NCBI GenBank assembly: GCA_017499595.2
Contig: CM039005.1
Coordinates: 2,294,001-2,358,000, forward strand
DNA from: Psilocybe cubensis
Lineage: Eukaryota
DNA length: 64,000 nt
Direction: 5' to 3'
Part shown: piece after piece, positions 39,116 to 52,603 of the stretch
How the letters are laid out: every line of letters begins with the position of its first letter
How positions within the stretch are numbered: position 1 is the first letter of the stretch
Position numbers and translations under genes: made by a program
The notes under the pieces: generated by a model
What the model was told of the DNA's origin: nothing
Seen by the model: the letters and a program-made list of their open reading frames with translations, nothing else
Database searches by the model: none

Positions 39116-41786
39116 AATTAACCCCTCCCCTCCCTCCCTCCCCTCCTTTCCGTCCCCTTTCCTTTCCGTCCCCTGCTTCCTCCAGACCACTCATCCCTAA
39201 TCCATATTCTGTGGCTCTGTGGCTCTGTGTTTCTGTAGTTCTATAGTTCTGTAGTTCTGTAGTTCTATAGTTCTGTAGTTCTGTGCCTGCCTCAACATTT
39301 TTGATTCTGTTCATGTGTTCGTGTATGATTCTATGACGTAGTACCTTCTCACAAATTAAATTCAATGTTTAGAAAATTCAATGTTTGATGAAGTTGAAGT
39401 TGAAGTTGAAGTTGAAGTTGAAGTTGAAGTTGAAGTTGAAGTTGAAGCCAAAGCCAAAGCCAAGTTGTTCAAGTTGAAGTTCAATAGCCTTGAACTTGAA
39501 CTTGAAATAAAACATCAAATATCAAAAAACAGTGCGCAACTTGTGTAAAATCAAAAAAGTAAACTAGGCAGAAATGAACGAACAGACAATCAATCAATTA
39601 AACAATCAAACCTCTTACCATACGCGACTCCTTGAGCCCTTAACTCTATATTATATGACATGACAAGCGCCGCTGCCGGCTCCATAATTAACCACTCTCG
39701 TCTCCATCTCCATCTCCGTCTCCGTCTCCGTCTCACTAACTTTAAGTAAGAAGTAAGGCTTATCTGCGGTGTTAGTCGGACGCGTTGCGGATGTGGCGTC
39801 TGGGGTACTTGGGGGACTAGAATAAAGAATAAATTGAGATATATATACAATACACTGGCACTTATACTACATAGAGTGTGGATTGGACTGTGTGTCTGTC
39901 TCACGCGTCAGAATTCAAATAGTCAAAACTTTTGATTTGAAGAATTAAAATTGACATGTTCCGTGGCGGCGAATGCGATACATAACACGCGTGGTCTCTA
40001 GTTTTTTTAACTTTTCCTTTTCTTGAAAGAAAAAGCTAGCCAGATGGAATGAGATGATGGCGTAACAGAATTAAACTCGCTATTTCGTCTGCCCTTCGCA
40101 TCGTCAAGCGGTTGATACGTGATGCGTGCCGCGCGCTTGCATTGTTTTATTGAGCGAGCGGGGCAAGGGGATCGAGTGTGAGAATCACGACGCGCCTCTC
40201 ACGAGTCTGTGTCAGGTATAGTAGCCGTTTACCGTGCACGCACTAAACCGGGCTCTCTCCGTCCCTGTGTGGAGGTGTATCGCCCATCTGCCTGAATGGA
40301 TGATGCGAACCTAATTTGACGGGTGTGAGCGTGGTAGTCGGAGGTAAGGCTGATTCTTTTTGTGTGAATGCGAATGCGAATGCGTATGCGATTGGAGACT
40401 CGGACCGCCGGCAGAGGCGGTCTGTGTATCAATCCATCTTCGACTTCCTTCATGGATGTGCCGGGGAGATAACGAGAAGCGTGAGCTGAGCCATATCGAG
40501 GCTTTGGAGATATGGAATAGCTTGTTCAATGGTTATCTGGTGACGAACTTGAATATGTATGGATCTTTATTTACACGCTATGATACGAGCTTCAATGTAT
40601 CCGCCTGATTTGTGATTTTGGGTTCTGGGAATGTAATAGACTCAGGAACGCATTGCCATTACATGCGGCTCTCTGAAACGTCACACCCGGATGGCTCAAT
40701 GATAAGAGGTGCTGCGTAACAGTTCAAGCTTGTGGTATACATATATAGCTGGAATAGATACGAGTGAACCAATCCCATGAGAAGAAAGGCGTGTGTTTAT
40801 ATATACACCAGGCACCTGGACGCAGATAGACGGGCGGTCATGATCAGTGATATGACATCTTTTTTTTCTAAATATGAAGCGTTGTATCAGCCTCACATAG
40901 CCATCGATCTGCCTTGGTGTAACAGCCTGAGAGCGCGTTACAGTGCTAGCGCGTGTGTATTAATAGACGGTGTCACCTGTCCATTGAGGTGTGTAGTCAT
41001 GCTTATGACGACCAGCTGGGAGCACTGCAACAGGTGGTGTGTTGGAGGTTTCTCGTCGGCGCATTCCGCGCTTGCGCAATGGACAATGACGGTGTTGGAT
41101 TTGGATTAAGCGCCCAGATTTGATGTGCCATCAAGAAGAGCTTCGAGTGATTATTCCGAGTCGAAATAGACATTATCTGTGGATGGCCCAATTATCTATA
41201 GGATTTCTGCTCTTTCCAGATACCTGATTGATTACAAACGGAAAATGAAGAGTTATTGCACAGGGGGACTTGGTAGTGACCCGTCATTTCCCATGAGGAG
41301 AGCCATATTTTTTATGCAGATATCAACAGAACTGTTGGACTTTACGAAATACAACATACCCTCATTTCGCTGCTCAGGGCTGCGTGGGGACTGTCTCGGA
41401 GGAATAACTGACCGATGTTGAGGCTGCGTCATCATTTGGGTGGTTGGTTATTGACATAAGGCTGTTGGCTGGGTCTTTGTAAGTACCGAGGATTTTTGTC
41501 TGAACCAGTCTACACCAGTATAGTCCCTCGATATATTCATTACATTTAGAAATTCTCTTAGTCGTCAGCATGTGTGGTTTCGAATTTTCTTAGTTCGACT
41601 TCTTTGGACAAGTTTCGGGGCTGTGCGAATCGGAGTTTCAATTTGGGATGGCCGTGGCGCGCGTGTCAGTTTGCCGCCAGGAACCATTTTGTAACCGAAC
41701 AAGACTGTGACTCCACGCACTACGCGTTCTATTCTCAGTGCTAAATAGTGTCCCGAATTCCAATCCACTTCCCCATCCTATTGACA

Positions 41787-44700
41787 ATGTCAGATGAAGC
41801 TACCATATCACAGGAAGCCAGGAGTGCTTCTCGAGTCAAGAAGAAACGACTACGTGGAGCATGCGACGCCTGCCGTATCAGGAAGAGTAAGTATTGTTCC
41901 GTCTGAGACACACTCTCTGTCATGAAAGCTTGCAGGCTCTAATGGCTTTCAATAGCTAAATGTGAGTAAAATCATCTCTTTTGTACGTTTTAAATTCATT
42001 TAAACTTTCCTTTGCGATAGGCGATAGTGCTGAGAGTCCCTTGAACATTTGCTCCAGCTGTATAGCAAACAACGTTCGATGTCGACATGAAATGCCTCGA
42101 TATCAGAAGGTATGCCGGTATCGATCTCAACGAGTAGGTTTACTTATACTTCGCGTTGTAGCTGATTGACCGACATGAAGAAGCTATTGAGTAAACGCAG
42201 TTCAATCGTACACCTGATGCCAGATTTGAACTTGGAGATTTTAGTTATATCAACAATTTGCAAGACAGGATACAGAAACTAGAGAATTACATCCAGAAGG
42301 TGCGTCTGTCTTGTAATTCTATCATTTACGCTGACTTGGTTTCGATTAGATTCATCCAGGTCAAGATATTGATCGTATAATAAACGAACCTGACGGTCTT
42401 CTTCCTGCCAACGCGTCATACGCCAGCACAAGTAGTGGGACGTATGGTTCAATATCACTGAAGTATCCGAGTAATGTCGACCCACATACCAACACGGTTA
42501 CTTATTCGACACCAGAAAATAATGATGATCAGTTGGGACAAGACGAACTCGACGAGATCTCTCTGAGCAAAGATTTGAAGAATCTGTCTACTAGTGATCC
42601 TGCAGACGTACGATTCTTCGGGCAAGCCAGGTACAGTGCTGTTATACTTCACGGATTCCTTCTCTTACGGGCCTGACAGTTCCGTTATGCTGGCTAAACA
42701 TGTCACCGATGTCAAGAAAGAGATTACAGGGGACTCCGAAATTGTGTTGAGTTCCAAATACAGACGGCCAATATATTGGAATCTGTGCTCAGTGTGTTTT
42801 CTTATTCGTCCTCTCGACAACGGGTTCTTCTGACTTGCATGCAGTGGGAGCTTCCTTATATTAATGATCTAGAAACCGTTTACATATATCCTGAATATGA
42901 CTTACTCATGGAACTTATCACCATATACTTCGAAAAAGTGAACAATCTAATCCCACTTTTGCACCAACCGACATTCATGGAATCGGTTAAATCGGGACAA
43001 CACCATTGGGATTCGTCCTTCGGCATGGTTGTTCTACTGGTTTGCGCTCATGGCGCTAAGTACTCAAAAGATCCCCGTGTATTTATGCCCGATGACTCTA
43101 TCGGATTGTCTTCTGGGTGGAAATACTTCATTCAGGTTCCGTTGCATCGGAAGCAGCTGCTTTACAAGTCAACGGTGTACGATTTACAATACTATGCTGC
43201 AAGTCTGTTTTATTGCCGTTGATGTTCGTTTGCTGATTTGCAGGGCCCTACCAGCTTGCTTCAATGTTTCTTGTGGGAACATCGATGCCGTACGCCTGCT
43301 GGAACTTTGCGGTAATTGGTCTCCGATATGCATATGAGAAGGGCATCCATCGCCGCCAAGGCCAAGGAAATGCGCCTACTGTAGAGAGTGAGCTTCTAAA
43401 ACGCGCGTTTTGGTAAGTCTGATATTTTATGTGTCCGCATTTCCTCCAATGGCTTTTAGGGTTCTTGTTTGCATAGACTGTTGTTCTAGCTCATTTGTGG
43501 GTAGACCTTGTACTATGCACGAGGCGTGCGTATTTACTTTCGTTTCCCATTCTTTACTATTGCTGAATCAACTGTAGGCATGACGTTGAATATCCAATTG
43601 AATGTGACGACGAGTATTGGGAAACAGGTGACCCAAAAACAGCGTTTAAACAACCTCAAGGAAAGCCGTGCTCAATCACCGCTTTCAATTGTTTCATTAA
43701 GCTTTGCGAAATTCTTGGCTTTGCGCTGAGGACCTTGTATGCAAACAAAAAGTCGAAGGCGCTCCTGGGGTTCATAGGACCTGATTGGGAGGGGAAAATG
43801 GTCGCGGAGCTAGATTCCTCCATAAATAAGTGGAGCGAGGATCTCCCCGAGCACCGTATGTCATTCTATACTCTAGAAAAACACCGCTTATCTCCTTTGT
43901 GACTCTATTTGACAGTTCAATGGGACCCTCACAGAAAAGACACTGTCGTGTTTAATCAAACCGTCAATTTGCACCTTTTCTATTATTATATCCAAATCCA
44001 AATTCATCGTCCCTATCTGATAAAGAAATCGTCGTTAACTCTACCTTCGCTCGCTATGTGTAAAAATGCAGCAAGGTCATGTACACGCATACTGGATGCC
44101 TCACTGGCAAGAGGTACTTGCGTGCTACCAAATGCATTGGTGTGTAGTAGATTCCGCATGTCAACCAGTACACATATCTGACTCATGAAATACTAGTCGA
44201 TTGCGTACACGGCAGGAATGGTCATCACATTCAGCCTACTGGCGGCCAGTCGCTCCACTGGGCAAACAGGTGGCTCGAAAGAGGACATCGAAAATCTTCA
44301 GAAGTGCATGAACTATCTACAGCAAATCGAAAACCGGTTAGAATTTTTTTTTGCATATTTTTCTGCTCTGTCTAATTCATTGCCAGATGGTACTCCGCTG
44401 GAAAGCTTTTGTAAGCTTATCGATCCATTCCTCAAAGATTTTCGACTGACAATATCTTAGGGATAGCTTGAGGGAAGCAGGCGACATTCCCGAACATGGG
44501 TCTCAGCACATTAACAATGCATCATCATCTAACGACCCCTCAACTGTCCAATCAGATCCAACCCATATAAGCCAAGATATGACTGAGATGTCAACCGCCA
44601 TGTTTAATGAATTGTTAGGATCGACTAACATATCAGGATCAAATCATGCACTGAATAGTTGGGACCTGCAACGAATACTGCTGGTAGAGATGGGCTATTT

Positions 44701-44981
44701 ACCAAACGAGTCTGCACCCATTACAACTAGCATTACCTCTTCCCTTGGTCCAGAAAATCCACAATTGCAGAACTCTGCAGGAATATTTCAGTCTAATGAC
44801 GGGTTCAACGCCTTCACCCAAACAGTTAACGGTGCGTTATCACCGCTATCTGACGCAACAAACCTCATCAAGTAAGTTATTTTATTCGACATGGATCTGT
44901 CGTTCTGACACAAAGTCTTGATGACATTTTATCAGTTTTGAAGATTGGAACAAGTACCTCTCACCTATGGGTAGGCTATAA
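41787..44981 (+). CDS. Zn(II)2Cys6 transcription factor with fungal-specific TF middle domain
   Basis: MSDEAT..KKKRLRGACDACRIRK-(6-nt exon CTAAAT)-CDSAESPLNICSSCIANNVRCRH, RFFGQAS, YFEKVNNLIPLLHQPTF, ELLKRAFW-VLVCID..SFVGRP, YPIECDDEYW, QIQIHRPY. Stop TAA 44979-44981. Confidence 0.92.
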
Positions 44982-45478
44982 ACGACGCGATACATTACTA
45001 TTCTACATTAGCACATTGTACTTTAGCGCCAGTCTGTCCCAAGCAAATACCATTGTAAGTCAAATCTATAGGCCTAGTCCGATGCCGAGATATTCGACGT
45101 GTACATGTGGCAAACGGAAATCGAAGTGAGTAAGACCGGGTTTCACATGACAAGGTACTCAGACTTCAGTACTGAGTACCTGACCACTCTATAGCGCACT
45201 CTGAGCGCATTTAAGGTCTCTTATGCCCGACCATAATTTGAAAGAGACAATCCAGTAAGTAAGCAAGAGTGGCAGTAAGCGACGTTGCCACGGTTAAATA
45301 TCGGAATAATGTGCCCCGCGTCAAATTTAGATATAAAAAGTAAATGTCAACCTTTTCCTCTACCCATCGTCTTAGGTCTACCTATTCTCTGAAAATCCTT
45401 CCACTGCTGTTCTCGATTCCGTACCCGCCACTGCGCATCAAAATCTCTGCTCTAATCTCTGTGACCGATTCCGACACC

Positions 45479-47713
45479 ATGGATCGATTCGCTCAGACAT
45501 CACACACCACCGTGCTCATGGAACTCACCCCTGTCCAAAAAGTATCTCGAAATCAATCAACTTCCTCGTCCATGAAGGCAAAATCCAAAGTAAATTCCGA
45601 AGTCGTGGATACTGCCTCTGGGTCACAGCTTAGGAGAGTATCTATTGAAGAGACGCTCACGAACGAAGAGCGAAAGTCTGTCAACACCCGACCTGCAACA
45701 GGGCCTTCAGCAGGGACGAAGTCAAGAGAACAGAAGTTCACCGGCCGTATCCAGTTTCTGTCTCTCTGTTTTACTCTCTTTCTTGCCGGGTGGAATGATG
45801 GTACTACAGGTCCTCTTCTGCTCCGCATCCAGGAGGTATACCATGTATGTTCATTCTACGTTTACACCTCATTCTCCAATAACAACTTATGTTTTAGGTC
45901 AATTTTACCGTCGTCTCCCTTATATTTGTCCTTGCCTGCACTGTAAGCTATAACTACATTGTTTTAACATTTACACTTCTTAAATATGTTTTCAGGGATT
46001 CCTTGCAGGAGCATTGGCGAATATTCACTTGACTGAAAAGATCGGGTTTGGAAAAGTGAACACAACACTTCCGATGACACAATGTGAACAGCTGAACTAA
46101 GTCGTTGTATTTGAACTAGGCTGTCGCTCTCGGATCCGTCTTCCAAATTGTGGCATACAGTATACAATGCTCGGCCCCGCCATTTCCATTATTTGTTATA
46201 GCTTATGCCATCAATGGCGTAGGTGTCGCCCTTCAGGTGAGACTTCATTCAGTTTTCAACGTGTGTTACCTCATTCGCGTTCATTAGGATGCTCAAGCAA
46301 ATGGGTTCGTTGCAACCCTGAGCAATAATCCCGAATCAAAAATGGGCATCTTACATGCTGCTTATGGTGCATATTTTTCCCTTTTAATTTCTACCATTCC
46401 TTTTTCTCTCTTTAAATGAACAGCGGATCATTCCTTACTCTGACTCAGTGACTGTCAGAGAAAATCAGAGATGAAAGTGACAACGTCTACGACGTCTTGG
46501 TCTCTGCCTTTTTGATTCTTAATCTCATTATTTTTTCGAATTTCCAATGTACTTACTTTGCTTGGCAGGGCTGGGTGCCTTTGCTGCACCGTTGGTAGCA
46601 ACACAATTTGCGCATCTTCCGCGATGGTCGTTCCACTTTTTGGTTTCTTTAGGCCTGTCCGTTCTGAACACAATTTGTCTGGTGGCAATATTCAGATTTA
46701 AACCCCAAAATGGTGAGATATATTTGACGAAATCTCTTGTAACAATTATTGATCGCTTTGTTATTCGTCGACGATTTCCAGAATGTCTTCTTGAAGCCGG
46801 GGAAGTTGTTCCAGAGAAATCTGCAGTGCAGGAAGAGCAAACTCGAACTCAAAACACATTCGGGCTCGTGATGCGCAATCGCTCAGTACATTTAATCGCT
46901 TTTTTTATTCTTGTATACGTTGGTGTGGAAGTTACCATTGGCGGTGCGTTTTTAGGAATTGCGATATTGCGTATTGCTGAATAAATAAATATCAGGTTGG
47001 ATTGTGACATTCATCATTGATGAGCGAAACGGTGGGCCATCAGCCGGTTATATCTCTTCTGGATTCTTTGGAGGTAAACATTGTGCTTGACGTGGTATAG
47101 GGTACCGTACTGATATCATGATTGCCCACTTGCAAGGCCTTACTGTAGGGCGCGTCCTTCTATTATGGGTGAACAAAAAGGTGCGTTGCTGAAAACAGTG
47201 CTATCGCTTCGTTACATATCTAATTAATTGTTTTTTGTAAAGGTTGGAGAAAGGCGTGTGCTGTTCATCTATGGCGCATTGTGTTTTGCGTAGGCATCTT
47301 TGCTGTCATCGGACCTTAAGCATTCTGACAAAATTTCCAGTCTAGAGTTTGTAATCTGGTTTGTACCATCCCTAATCGGAAACGCAGTCGCCATCTCCAT
47401 AGTTGGTGTCCTCCTTGGACCTATGTATCCAATTGTGATGAACCAAGCATCGCGGATTCTACCACGGTGGATTTTAACTGGATCTATTGGTTGGATTGCT
47501 GGGTTTGGACAGGCTGGAAGTGCCCTGTTTCCCTTTATCACTGGAGCCGTTGCAGAGAGACACGGTATCAAGAGCCTACAACCACTGTAAGTTTTAAAAA
47601 TTTATCCCGCTTTCAACTGTTATTCACCACGTTGTCAAAGACTCATTTCAATGATGGGACTCATGTTAGGATTATGGGCATTAGTCCCAAATGCACCGGC
47701 GCGACTGGATTAG
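45479..47713 (+). CDS. MFS transporter, copy 1
   Basis: LFLAGWNDGTTGPLLLRIQEVY, LQDAQANGFVA, MGILHAAYG-LGAFAAPLVATQF, FFILVYVGVEVTIGGWIVTF, GYISSGFFGGLTVGR, LGPMYPI, GFGQAGSALFPFITG. Multi-exon. Confidence 0.92.
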
Positions 47714-48150
47714 CAACGCCGCCTGAGATGTTTGGTCTTTGAACGATCTTCAAAGGTCTGTAATACTTATGGACTTCTTATTGTTGGAAAGATTTTTATG
47801 TATTTTTGCTACACGATAAACCAATAAAACCATAGTGTCTCTCAGAGTAATCCAATGATTGTATACCTTCTGTAATTTCATTTTTCTGGTTGAGTGGTAC
47901 CTACGCGCCCAATTGGGGGAGCCCGCGGGAGATTAGATATTAAAGAGATTAGATTGTCATCGCATTAACGTCGGAAAAACATAATCCGGCTACTTGTACT
48001 AGTAGTTTTAAAATGCCGATCGTTCCTTGGCTTCATTCACCCACAGTCCCTCCACACTGGAGAATTCAAGGATTAGAATCCATCTCCGTCTCCCTACCCG
48101 AGGGAAACTATAAGGCGGACAGGATCGAATTGCAAGTACCGGTGTCTCAA

Positions 48151-50346
48151 ATGGATATCGACACGAGCCATGGAACAGGATCTCAGACTGCGTCCCGCCC
48201 CCCTACTCCGATGACAATCAACCCCAAAGGCGACTCGACTGGAAAGGAATTCACACTTACGCCCGAACCTACAGTCATAGTCGGCGAAAAGACCCCAGGA
48301 AACGATGTTAGTGCATTCGCAAGCCCGAGCATGTCGGCAGATGGGTATGGAGATAAGGAAGTTGCTAGGAGTCTCACGCGCGAACAGAAGAACATTGCGT
48401 TAGGGCAATTCCTCTCCCTATGTTTGACGTTATTCCTTGCTGGATGGAACGATGGAACGACGGGTCCTCTCTTACCACGTATCCAAGAAGTTTATAAGGT
48501 TTGTCTCCTGGATTCTGCAACGCAGTTTGATGGGTATTCGTGTCAATTTGTGGCCCCTGTGAATTTAATGGAACCCTCGATTTTCTCCCATAACCCTTAG
48601 GTCAACTTCACCATTGTATCTCTAATTTTTGTCTTTGCGTGTGTGGTGAGTGGTCTTGGCTATGGTCAATTGTATATATGTTCCTGAAGGGCTTGCTTGT
48701 TAGGGATTCCTTTCAGGTGCACTAGCCAACATATACTTAACCGATAAAATTGGTTTTGGCAAGGTGAGCCCCGCACGCAAAGAAAACTTCAAACCAAACA
48801 CGAATTGACATTGGGTAGGCCATTGTTTTTGGATCCATTTGCCAGGTCGTGGCATACAGCATACAGTCTTCCGCCCCTCCTTTTCCAGTATTTGTATTGG
48901 CGTATGTCATAAATGGTGCAGGACTCGCTCTCCAGGTACATGTCTACGAATAAAGGTTTTTCTAGTGTATTACCAGAGCATCGTATTTTTTGAATTTTCT
49001 AATTCTCTTCACAGGACGCCCAAGCAAATGGTTTTGTTGCCACCTTAACCCAGAACCCAGAGTCTAAAATGGGTATTTTACATGCTGCATATGGTATGAA
49101 CATTGACTTTCATACCAACTCCCCTTGCCATTTTCTCTGCATCCTTGCCTTCCGATTATGGTGTGTCTTGAACTATGCTGATTATCTCTCTGGCAGGTCT
49201 TGGGGCATTCGCTTCGCCGTTGGTGGCGACTCAATTCGCGCAACTTCATAGATGGTCTTTTCATTTTTTGGTGTCCCTTGGACTTGCTATCACCAATACT
49301 GCTATTTTGATTATGATTTTCAAACTCAAACGACAAGATGGTGAGATTTCCACTCGAACCACTGTGGCAGGTCTGATTCTCATTTTGGACTCAGACTGCC
49401 TTAAGGAAGCGGGGGAGATTATTCCTGAAACAACAGCGGAAGAAAAAGAACAGAATAAAAGCACTTTCAAAACAGTGATGCGCACACAAGCAGTGCATTT
49501 ACTAGCTTTCTTTATTCTTGTATATGTGGGCGTGGAAGTCACTATAGGGGGTATGTACTTGCATGTTTGTCATTTAACTCTTCTAACCGTCAAGTATTTT
49601 ATAGGTTGGATCGTGACGTTTATAATCAACGTCAGAGGAGGTGGACCGTCATCTGGTTATATCTCATCAGGATTTTTTGGAGGCAAGTGAAATGAACCCT
49701 AGTTACGTGGCGGAGCACTGAAAATGATCTGCCTCTCCCTGTTCTCAGGTTTGACCCTTGGCAGGGTTATTCTACTATGGGTGAACAAAACGGTGATTTT
49801 GACGCAATTTTGTCCAGCAAATAAGTCACCAATTAACCCTTCTGCGTTCGACATTAGGTCGGGGAGCGGCGGGTCATGTATTTGTACTCTGCTATTTGCC
49901 TTGGGTGAGTGTTTTGGGTGTCTTATTCTCTCAGTGGACCACTGAATCTCACTTTCACAACTTCAGCCTCGAATTTGTGATTTGGTTTGTTCCATCTCTT
50001 ATTGGGAACGCAGTGGCGGTAGCTATCGTCGGTGTTTTCCTCGGGCCCATGTATCCCATTGTCATGAATCAAACTTCACGCATTCTACCACGGCACATCT
50101 TGACAGGGTCCATTGGGTGGATTGCAGGTTTTGGACAAGCTGGCAGTGCTTTGTTCCCATTCGTGACAGGGGCAATCGCTGAAAATCATGGAATAAAAAG
50201 TTTGCAGCCTTTGTGGGTGTACATCTTTTGGGCATTGCTGGGTTGATACTAAAATTCTGTCATTTTATGTTAGGTTGGTTGCCATGATTGTCTTTATGAT
50301 GTCATTATGGGCGCTTGTTCCAAGGTCGCCTTTGCGGCAGGATTGA
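48151..50346 (+). CDS. MFS transporter, copy 2 (tandem paralog)
   Basis: Same motifs and intron positions as copy 1, with a different N-terminal tail. Start inferred at MDIDTSHG (48151); stop TGA 50344-50346. Confidence 0.92.
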
Positions 50347-52603
50347 GCCGTATTTGGGGGAGGATGAGCAGAATTATTGCAATCCCTGGTGCCCACACTT
50401 TCTGTATCTACATGTGTATCAATTGGATCATATCCAACGAGTACGCTAATTCGTTGATCAGTCACCAGTGTCGTTACTATCCTTGGACCTTGAGTTTATG
50501 TCATGACACAATCTGAATCAACTGGACGAACTATATTTCTTTCAGGTTCATTTGGGATGCCGACTCGAGACCAGCGCATTCATGAAGGATTATGCAATGT
50601 TATGCTTTGCTCGTAGAATCGGACCAAAAATCTGGAGGGTTGTCATCATAACCTCGACGACGTCAATCTTACTTTATGACTGAGTCATATACTTGCTGAG
50701 ACGCCACAGCCATTGAGCAGACATTTAACCCGGTTTCATCTATATGACCTTTCCTTAGCTCCGGATTCCAAGCTTCAAGACTTGCTGTTTGTCCAAGTCC
50801 ACTTTCCGATTGAAATGCCGATAGCTAGTGTACTATCATGGCATTTGAAGCTGCCGCAAGAGCTGTCACCTGTGAGGAAAACTTGGTGGAACGAAAACGC
50901 CAATCAAAGATGAATACGTCCGCCAGTATTCAGAGATTTTTAAAGGCAAAACGAAGTCATGAGTGTTTGGATTATTTATTACTGATATGTGGCGAAAGGT
51001 TTTATGCGATGACGACGGATATGGAGGTGGTAGCTGACACGGGTGATGGATATGGACAAGATATGGATCTATCTTGAGTCCTGACCCGGACTCGGAGAAG
51101 GGAGGTGACTGGGAAACTTGCAAGAACTGAAGTACTGAGCCTCCACTTCCATATGACATGGTTGAGTATGTAACTATTATTATAAAACTGATTGATTTAG
51201 GTTCGTCTGGATTTCCTAGTACTCGAAATTTTCTATGTGATGCTGGTTAGTCGCAGCCAACGGCACGATCTCGGACAGGTTATTATTAGATCAAAAGAGA
51301 ATGGATCAAGAACTGAAGCTTGAAGGCCTGAACATTGATATGTATGAGCATATAGCTTTCCGGTTGAGTAAGGTTAACAAAGATTAGCGCCATGTATCTG
51401 GTCCCAACTCACGAATAAACATTGGACTTTCAACGATAAGGTAGAGAACTTGTTTTTGACACGTCCACCCAGGACCCACCATACTATTCGGCAGGACTTC
51501 ATGACAGGATCATTGATGATCTAGTCGCCAGAATTTAGCCTACCCATTTTAGTCTGTTCAGTGGCAAAGGATATATAGATGTAAGGTGATGAACACTGGC
51601 GATTCAGTCGGGCATATGGCTTAACAAAGAGCATCAGAACAAGGTTCTTATAAACCCCGTGTTCCATCGACATCAAGGATGCAGATGCGGATACCAGCGT
51701 CACTGCCTCGCTCTCCCTTCCGACACGCTCAAGCGCACTTAAGTGAAGGGAATGCAGGGCGGGTGCAGTGCTAAGCTTGGAATTTGAAGCGATGGATCCT
51801 AATCAAGACTTTACGAATCACGGTATGATGGATGTCGGATACCATAGGCGATCCCGATAACTGCGTCATTGTGCGTTACCTCCGTAAATGAATGTGTGCC
51901 TCGGGTGGATCACTTTGGTGCAAACAGGATGGCAAGAGATCATATAAGGGATGTTTAGTCCAGAACGCTCCTATGAGTGAATCAATCCCTAGAGGTTCCC
52001 TAGTAGGATGGCTTATCATGAGAATTGAAGAGAAAAAACACAATTTTATGCCTTGCAGAACACCAGAGATCCTTTAGTGCGCTTAGCGACGCGTTCCATT
52101 CAAATCTCTCAAACTCCGCAATTGCCCAATGCCGACGTTCATGGGCGCTTCCGCAAAGTGCAAAGTTGCTGTAATGACAGTTAAATGTGATTATTCGTCG
52201 CGGCATCCATAGTTATAGCAAAGGAACGCTGAAAAATAGCAGGTTAAAGCTAAAAATTATGGATGCAGCAGTATGGTTGGAAACCAGGGTTTTTCATCGA
52301 GCGGCGTAGATAACATCTAGGATTTTCTTGGCAAATCCCGACGTCCGGGGAATAGCTAAAATAGGTATGGCTTAGAGCGGCAGAATGGCAATGCCGGTCA
52401 CCGGATTCCATCGGCAGACATTGAGCCATGTGTTCCCCTGACCTGAGATCATTGTTTCTTGGGAATACAAATAGCTGGCAGTGCTGTTCTCGGCTCCTCA
52501 GCTGGTCTCCCCCACCCACCCACTTCTTGCTTGCACTTGCAGATTCGTGTTGATCACAATCACCCTTCCTCAATAAAGAAAACTTCATACCCTTAAAAAC
52601 ACA

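Larger units (their letters stand above)
28900..39750. repeat. ~11-kb microsatellite-saturated low-complexity island
   Basis: Dense short tandem repeats in intergenic, intronic and coding sequence, e.g. (AGAAAC)n ~30210, (AAACATC)n ~30430, (CTTGTG)n ~30960, (GATAT)n ~38110, (GTTCTGTA)n ~39235, (GAAGTT)n 39390-39445, and long A-tracts. The flanks return to ordinary composition. Confidence 0.9.

Noticed and set aside
39390..39445. (GAAGTT)n hexamer array as a possible telomeric repeat
   Set aside because: Not TTAGGG-like, internal, and one of many SSRs in the island.
50700..51200. Short ORFs between MFS2 and precursor 1, checked as a fourth peptide gene
   Set aside because: No signal peptide, no acidic xxR spacers and no ELD end.
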